Virus record (IMG/VR): IMGVR_UViG_3300002138_000037
Coordinates: 1 to 64,000 of that record
Strand: one strand, 5' to 3'
DNA length: 64,000 nucleotides
From: an uncultured virus (IMG/VR IMGVR_UViG_3300002138_000037)
Lineage: Duplodnaviria; Heunggongvirae; Uroviricota; Caudoviricetes
Shown here: piece after piece, positions 58,135 to 64,000 of the stretch
How positions within the stretch are numbered: the first letter of the stretch is position 1
How the letters are laid out: every line of letters starts with the position of its first letter
Notes under the pieces: model-generated
Told to the model about the DNA's origin: nothing
The model's database searches: none
What the model saw: the letters and a program-made list of their open reading frames with translations, nothing else
Made by a program: the position numbers and the translations under genes

Positions 58135-59020
58135 AAATTTATCATGTCAATTATGTCACACGCCGTATAAAAATTTTAGATTATTGGGCATTCACATAGT
58201 TCGATTTCATAAAATGAAAACGTGGGAATACTATAATAAATTTATTGGAAATATTGGTCAGTGTCAAAGATGTTCGAGTAAGACTAATTTTATAAATTTA
58301 TCCAAAGGATACTCTAACTGTTGTGGACAGAGATGCTCTAAATTATTAGATTGTCAGAATCCAGATTATATAAAAAAAATATCTGATGGGACAAAAAAAG
58401 CTATGAATCGGGATGATGTTAAGAAAAAAATGGCGGATTATAGAAGTAAACCATTGTCGAAAAATACTATTTCAAAGATGTCACAATCTGCGAAAGAAAA
58501 ATTCATAAAAAATCCAGAACTTAAATCTAAAATTTATACCGATGAAAGAAATAGAAAAATTTCACAATCTAAAATTAGATATTGGGAGAATAATGAAATC
58601 GAAAAAAAAAGAGTAGGTAAAATATGGACTATTTGGAAAGAAAGAGATGAAGTTGGATGGAGAAAACATCTCATGTCTGCGTCCAAAATAGGATTTAATA
58701 AAATCTACGCACGAAATGGTGGAGATACTTCACTGGAAGTGAAAATATATAAAATGTTAGAAGTCGAAAAAATAAATTATATTAAAAAATATGAATTGGG
58801 TGGGAAAGTTTACGATGCTTTTTTACCAGACTATAATATTTTATTGGAAGTGGATGGGGATTTCTGGCATAAAAATTCCATTGAGGAATGTGTTTATGAT
58901 TTTCAGAAAGAATCGTATTATAATGATATTTTAAAAAATTCCATAGCGGATGATAATCATATAAAGATTGTGAGAATAAAAGAAAAACAAATACCCCTAA
59001 CTATCAAGGAAATATTGTAA
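58127..59020 (+). CDS. Zn-finger plus DUF559/Vsr-like homing endonuclease
   Basis: CQLC..H...H; TSLE, YDAF, LEVDGDFWH, ND..KN; GTG start after TATTTAT at 58115. Confidence 0.82.
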   Translation: MDKNLSCQLCHTPYKNFRLLGIHIVRFHKMKTWEYYNKFIGNIGQCQRCSSKTNFINLSKGYSNCCGQRCSKLLDCQNPDYIKKISDGTKKAMNRDDVKKKMADYRSKPLSKNTISKMSQSAKEKFIKNPELKSKIYTDERNRKISQSKIRYWENNEIEKKRVGKIWTIWKERDEVGWRKHLMSASKIGFNKIYARNGGDTSLEVKIYKMLEVEKINYIKKYELGGKVYDAFLPDYNILLEVDGDFWHKNSIEECVYDFQKESYYNDILKNSIADDNHIKIVRIKEKQIPLTIKEIL

Positions 59021-59021
59021 T

Positions 59022-59498
59022 ATGGCAGATTATCTAGGACGTTATCATTCACCGAGAGATAGACGATTTTTCGATTCTATCAATGCGGAATTGATGGGAG
59101 ATATTATCCAAACATTAGTAGTGTTGTATAAAATCGCCCCAAACGAAACTATTACAAACATGTATGGTGAAACGAGTCAAGCAACTGGTAAATTTTATTT
59201 TCCGGGCATTGAAATGACATCCATTGTTGATAGAGGGGATATAACCACGGAAGATGAAAATTTTGGTCCAGATAGAGTTCAATTATCGGTATTTAAATTC
59301 CGAGAAAAAATGCTGCAACAGGTTGGGTTTTTTCCACAGGTGGGGGATTTGATATTTTTCAACGAAATGTATTTTGAAATTGATAACGTAGTGCAGCAGC
59401 AGTTTGATGGTGGACAACCAGATAAAAGTAGATCTATTATCTGCAATACACATTATAGCCGACTTAGTAAAATCAACTTGGCGGCTCGGCAGAGTTAA
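59022..59498 (+). CDS. head-tail connector (gp14-like)
   Basis: NMYGE, PQVGDLI, YFEIDNV; position between neck and tail terminator. Confidence 0.7.
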   Translation: MADYLGRYHSPRDRRFFDSINAELMGDIIQTLVVLYKIAPNETITNMYGETSQATGKFYFPGIEMTSIVDRGDITTEDENFGPDRVQLSVFKFREKMLQQVGFFPQVGDLIFFNEMYFEIDNVVQQQFDGGQPDKSRSIICNTHYSRLSKINLAARQS

Positions 59499-60423
59499 AT
59501 TTTTTTATAGGAAAAGTTGTTTTGGGATTTTTTTTCCAAAAATTCCAATCAGATTCCCATATAAAATAAACTTTATATCCTAATTTTGAGAGTTTTTCAA
59601 ATCTCGTAAACGTTTCTTTATGTAAATCTAAAAATGTTTTATTTGTTATTGGGTTGATTGATGATGGATTGTATTTTTTTAAATTTCCATGCCAAAAATC
59701 ACCCAAAAATTCAAATATTCGGTTACCATTAATTCCATCAACGTGAATTTTTCCAATATTCAAATACACCTGCCTATTTTCAATTTTTATATTTAGGTAA
59801 TTTAAAAAATCACTTTCGGGTTTGGATATAGTTTTACCGCACTTCGGACATCCATGACCTTTTAAATGGTGACTTGCAGACTGATTAAACGCACCGTGTT
59901 TTGAACATATTATTGTGATTTTATTTGAACGTCCGGTATATACCAACTTGTTATAATCATATTTATGATTATGAACCACATTTGACTCATTAACAAATTG
60001 TTCTTTGGATTTTAGAAATTTAGTCGATTTTTTTATTAAACTACATTGTGGGCAATGATTTGGTTTTAGGTGATTATTGGGAGTTTGTTCAAAAATACCA
60101 TGCGTCGAACATATTATTTTAACCCGTTTGTTCCAATTTTCATAACATACCATTGAATAATCATATGAGTTCCCATGAATTATTTGTGCTTTTTTTAAGA
60201 AAAATGTGGTGTCTAACTGACTTCCCCGACTCATACACATTTTACATCCACATATACCTAATAGATGGTTTCTTGGTGTTTGTAGGAATTCACCATGTAT
60301 TTTACATATAATAATGACGTTTGACAGTCTATTTTCATATATAGTTTTACTATAATCGTATTTTTTTCCAAACTTAACATATGACTTTGTTAAAAAATCT
60401 TCCCCGGTCATCTTTTTTGGCAT
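59473..60423 (-). CDS. repeat Zn-domain PD-(D/E)xK homing endonuclease
   Basis: Three YDYS..Y....V.IIC..HG.F.Q....HL...C..C repeats; SKPE, VDG, EFLGDFWHG, IWESDW. Confidence 0.85.
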   Translation of the reverse strand: MPKKMTGEDFLTKSYVKFGKKYDYSKTIYENRLSNVIIICKIHGEFLQTPRNHLLGICGCKMCMSRGSQLDTTFFLKKAQIIHGNSYDYSMVCYENWNKRVKIICSTHGIFEQTPNNHLKPNHCPQCSLIKKSTKFLKSKEQFVNESNVVHNHKYDYNKLVYTGRSNKITIICSKHGAFNQSASHHLKGHGCPKCGKTISKPESDFLNYLNIKIENRQVYLNIGKIHVDGINGNRIFEFLGDFWHGNLKKYNPSSINPITNKTFLDLHKETFTRFEKLSKLGYKVYFIWESDWNFWKKNPKTTFPIKKFNSAEPPS

Positions 60424-60488
60424 AATATCGGAGATAACTATCAAAATAAGTAGTAATACCACAAACTCCACTATTTATATTAGATATT

Positions 60489-61436
60489 ATGGCGTGGAAA
60501 GGTGATACCAATAATCCGACACCAAATGGTTTACAATTTGGTGCAAATGTGAGTGATGTTAAAGTTACTGAAAACAGAGCTTTAAATACACGTCGTGATC
60601 AGGATTCTAACAAGGACTTCACCGTAAATCTTCTTGATATTGATTTAACGATTCTCGAATATATTGATAAGACAATTGATATTAAAGTCTTGGATAATGG
60701 TGAGAGTGTCAAGGTTCCAATACATTATGCGTCACCGGAAAAATGGAAAGCGATGCAACAAGATGGTGTGTTACGTGACCAACAAGGTAAATTACAATTA
60801 CCCGTTGTGGTTTTTACACGTAGTTCTTTTGCCAAAGATGCATCGTTAATGACTCCAAATCGTCACTTGACATATCCAGTGATGAAGAAATTTGATGCAA
60901 AGAATAAATACGACAAGTTTTCTATTTTGAATAATTATGTTGCACCGACTCATCAAGTTTTTGCGGTGACATTACCCGACCATATTGACATTACTTACGA
61001 ATTTACCTGTTGGTGTGAATTCATCGAACAGATGAACACTGTGATTCAGAAGATAAACTTCGCATGTGAAGAATATTGGGGTGACCCGAAACGATTCAAG
61101 TTCCGAGTTTATGCGGATTCTTATGCGTTCACCACGGAAAATTCTGGTGACAAGGATAGAATGGTTCGGTCAACTTTTACGTTGAAAGTAAAAGCATATT
61201 TACTCGAAGAATCCTTTGAAAGTAGAGAAAATACCGTAAAACGTAGTTTAACGCCACGGGTAGTCAAGATTGGAACGGAAATTGTTTCATCAAAACAAAT
61301 GGGTGAGATAAACACCAATTTGAATAAGACGGTGTATAAAAAACCATTTGGTTATACGCAGAAAGATGGAATTATGGTTCCAGATGGTGAGACTTTCGAG
61401 AAACCAAAAATCAACGTCGATGGGGATGGCATTTGA
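60489..61436 (+). CDS. tail terminator / sheath stabiliser (gp15-like)
   Basis: VPIHYASPEKW, LP, PDHIDITY, QMN; upstream of sheath. Confidence 0.75.
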   Translation: MAWKGDTNNPTPNGLQFGANVSDVKVTENRALNTRRDQDSNKDFTVNLLDIDLTILEYIDKTIDIKVLDNGESVKVPIHYASPEKWKAMQQDGVLRDQQGKLQLPVVVFTRSSFAKDASLMTPNRHLTYPVMKKFDAKNKYDKFSILNNYVAPTHQVFAVTLPDHIDITYEFTCWCEFIEQMNTVIQKINFACEEYWGDPKRFKFRVYADSYAFTTENSGDKDRMVRSTFTLKVKAYLLEESFESRENTVKRSLTPRVVKIGTEIVSSKQMGEINTNLNKTVYKKPFGYTQKDGIMVPDGETFEKPKINVDGDGI

Positions 61437-61550
61437 TGGTAATTTCCATTATATCTACGTCAATGGTCGATGGAAAAGACATTCAATTGCACAATGGGAA
61501 TCATTATAAAATATTCCAATAACAAAGAGTAAGTGTATCATTCAATTAAT

Positions 61551-62690
61551 ATGAATAAATTGACATTTGATATATGTCAAAATGTTTTCTTACTGATTAA
61601 AACAGGTAAGTCGTTTGATAAATCGTTACACATTGTCAACCAATTACAATATCAAATAAATCAACTTGGTTTGACGTTTGATATTGTATTCTACGACATT
61701 GAAAATAAGTTGTATAAATCATATAAATTCACGGATTTGATTTATAGTGAGGAAAGCAATTGGGTGACGAATGTAGAGGATTTGACATATATTAAAAATG
61801 CAATGGGATTGTATTTTGATAAATTACGAATAGAAAAAATGTCCGATGAGTTTGTTACTTTGTCCAAAAAATTTTTGAAAACCACTGAGATGTTGGATAA
61901 ACCGATAACCGGTGGGAAAAATTTGGTTTACTTCTCCATTGGTTATGATTTGAAATATGTGAATTTATGTAAGATTGCAATTCAATCTATTCTCCAAAAT
62001 ACCACATCGAAAAACTTCGATATTCTGATACTCCATTCAGATTCATTGGATGTGAAATCACAATTTGACGAATTCCACGAATACAACCTTAGATTCTTTC
62101 CTATGAGTGGGTTTGAGAATGGGGTGAAATCATCTATGAAAAAATTGGAAATATTCAAATATCCAGACATATTGACATATGACAATATTCTGTTTTTGGA
62201 CGCTGATATTGTAGTTAATATGGATATTTCAAAACTACTCAATCATTCGTTATGTGATGGAGTTTTATATTCCACGATACATGATTCTACGGATAACAAC
62301 TTACATCAAACTAAATTTCACACAATCAGAAAATACAATTCGGTTGAAATGAAAAACTTTGAAGATAAAAACATCCGAGTTTTCAACGCAGGTCAGTTTC
62401 TTTTCAAATCATCACGTAAAATGATGACGCATTTTGATAATATCTTAGAGTTCATATGTGGTTGGAAAAAATCATATTTTTACGAACAGTCGTTCATGAA
62501 TTACTATTTCAATTACCATGAAAAATCCGACACTAAACTCTTATCCGAGTATGTTTCGATTGTGTATATAGATAAGTGTCCAAATTTCAATCTACAAAAG
62601 ATGAAACCAATTATCCACTATGCAGGTGAAGCATGTAATGGTGATTTTAAATTAAAATTTGTCGAAAAACACTTTCCCGAATACTTATAA
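61551..62690 (+). CDS. glycosyltransferase, GT8-like
   Basis: KLEIF, ILFLDADIV (DxD), FNAG, EQSFMN, IIHYAG. Confidence 0.85.
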   Translation: MNKLTFDICQNVFLLIKTGKSFDKSLHIVNQLQYQINQLGLTFDIVFYDIENKLYKSYKFTDLIYSEESNWVTNVEDLTYIKNAMGLYFDKLRIEKMSDEFVTLSKKFLKTTEMLDKPITGGKNLVYFSIGYDLKYVNLCKIAIQSILQNTTSKNFDILILHSDSLDVKSQFDEFHEYNLRFFPMSGFENGVKSSMKKLEIFKYPDILTYDNILFLDADIVVNMDISKLLNHSLCDGVLYSTIHDSTDNNLHQTKFHTIRKYNSVEMKNFEDKNIRVFNAGQFLFKSSRKMMTHFDNILEFICGWKKSYFYEQSFMNYYFNYHEKSDTKLLSEYVSIVYIDKCPNFNLQKMKPIIHYAGEACNGDFKLKFVEKHFPEYL

Positions 62691-62696
62691 CTGGTT

Positions 62697-62972
62697 ATGA
62701 ATACAATTAAATTTACGGACGAAGAAATCAATTCTATAAAAACTGTTCAAAAGTCATATGAAGAAAAATTGATACTATTTGGTCAATTGAGTCTCGAACG
62801 AATTGCTATCGAAGATGCTATAAAACAGTTAAATGTGGCCGAAAACTCTGCTAGAGAAGAGTATATGAATCTCCAAAAAGAAGAACAAAAACTTATAGAA
62901 ACCCTCAGTTCTAAGTATGGTGATGGTAGTTTGAACCTCAAAGATGGTACTTTTGTCCCATCTTCCAAATAA
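62697..62972 (+). CDS. small coiled-coil protein (tail assembly chaperone-like)
   Basis: Coiled coil ending KYGDGSLNLKDGTF. Confidence 0.65.
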   Translation: MNTIKFTDEEINSIKTVQKSYEEKLILFGQLSLERIAIEDAIKQLNVAENSAREEYMNLQKEEQKLIETLSSKYGDGSLNLKDGTFVPSSK

Positions 62973-63155
62973 AGTTATAAATAGATGTTGTTTCGAAAAT
63001 TTAGATATATTTATATTTAGATTTTCGTATGTCCATTTATAAAAATACATTTAAAACCGCCATAATGTTAGATATGACTCATATACTAATGAAAATAAAT
63101 GTGTATATCGAGAAATTAATAAACAATTATCAGAAAAATAAAAGGAGTATAAGCC

Positions 63156-64000
63156 ATGCCAATAACTGAAGGTGGAAGATTTAGTCCCGTGGACCGCATT
63201 GTGAGTCCGGGAGTTTTTACAAGAGAAAATGATTTAAGCGGACTCGCACAGGGTGTCGCTGATATAGGTGGTGTTATCGTCGCACCGTTTCCAAAAGGTC
63301 CGGGGTTTGCACCAACGTTAGTTACATCCGTCAGTGAACTCGAAGAGAAATTCGGTACCGCTGATGGTGTTTATTATGGACCATACACTGCAAAAGAGTA
63401 TTTATCCGAACAAGGACGTGTAACCGTATGTCGTGTTGGTGCATTGACTGGTTACAAACAGGAAAACCCATTGATGGTTTACGCTATTCCGGGTGTTTGG
63501 GATAGAATTGAAGTAAGCGCATCCGTTGAAACGGGTTCTGCTGATGACTATTCTTTCGTCAAAGATTCCGAAGGTTCCACCACTGTAAGTGACGTTCTAA
63601 CCTACGATTCAGCATCTGCATCCGTCACAATGAGTGCGGTTACTGTCGTAGTTACATTTGAAGACGACACTGCAACTTTCTACCCAGCTGGTTCTGGTAG
63701 TGGTGATTACGCAGGTGAGACAGTCACTTTGGGTACGTTTAACTTGACTACGGGTTCTGGTGTTTACATCACATCCAGTTATGAAGGTGACCCAACAAAG
63801 ACTTCCGCACAAAAATTAACTCAAGCATTGTTAGAATCTACCGCAACGGTTTCAAGCTTCTCAATGAGTTTTGACCAATTATTCATTACTGCTTCATCGA
63901 CATTCGATATTGAAAGTGGTTCAACGTTGAAAATTGTTAACCCTGTATTTAAAGCATTACGTTCATCCAGTGGTTGTGGAACGGTGTTGTATTTGACCGC
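63156..64000 (+). CDS. gp18: tail sheath protein, 3'-truncated by window edge (not in ORF track)
   Basis: AGGAG SD; MPITEGGRFSPVDRIVSPGVFTRENDLS..PFPKGP..P.LVTS..E..EKFG. Confidence 0.92.
   Translation, partial: MPITEGGRFSPVDRIVSPGVFTRENDLSGLAQGVADIGGVIVAPFPKGPGFAPTLVTSVSELEEKFGTADGVYYGPYTAKEYLSEQGRVTVCRVGALTGYKQENPLMVYAIPGVWDRIEVSASVETGSADDYSFVKDSEGSTTVSDVLTYDSASASVTMSAVTVVVTFEDDTATFYPAGSGSGDYAGETVTLGTFNLTTGSGVYITSSYEGDPTKTSAQKLTQALLESTATVSSFSMSFDQLFITASSTFDIESGSTLKIVNPVFKALRSSSGCGTVLYLT

Noticed and set aside
1..64000. Amber (TAG) stop-codon reassignment
   Set aside because: By my reading TAG ends only three early ORFs (1829, 1974, 2928), but long genes are intact in the standard code with no in-frame TAG and no suppressor tRNA is seen; rarity fits AT bias

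Overview
This window is a 64-kb segment of a large T4-like (myovirus) bacteriophage genome, read almost entirely on the + strand. Positions 1-3.2 kb hold an array of small early genes, most with their own sigma70-type promoter (TTGAC(T/A)-16 bp-TAnnnT); many appear leaderless, and the array contains duplicated, chimeric and frameshifted cassettes. A GC-rich hairpin/repeat tract at 3.17-3.55 kb separates it from the rest. The 3.6-14 kb region carries an outer-membrane beta-barrel gene, a complete tmRNA, phoH, an HD hydrolase and a gp55-like late sigma factor. The remainder is the morphogenesis region (spike, baseplate, RCC1 and FG-GAP appendage proteins, terminase, portal, protease, scaffold, major capsid, neck, tail terminator, start of the sheath). 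It is interleaved with RuvC, primase, a fused Mre11-Rad50 gene, GMP reductase, a macrodomain, a GT8 glycosyltransferase and six homing-type endonuclease genes. Late genes share a TATTTAT motif. The most notable signal is repeated gene fracture: the terminase is split by an atypically split intein around an endonuclease gene, and two structural genes appear split without inteins, one with two alternative N-terminal halves. All calls are motif-based readings by eye; no searches were run.
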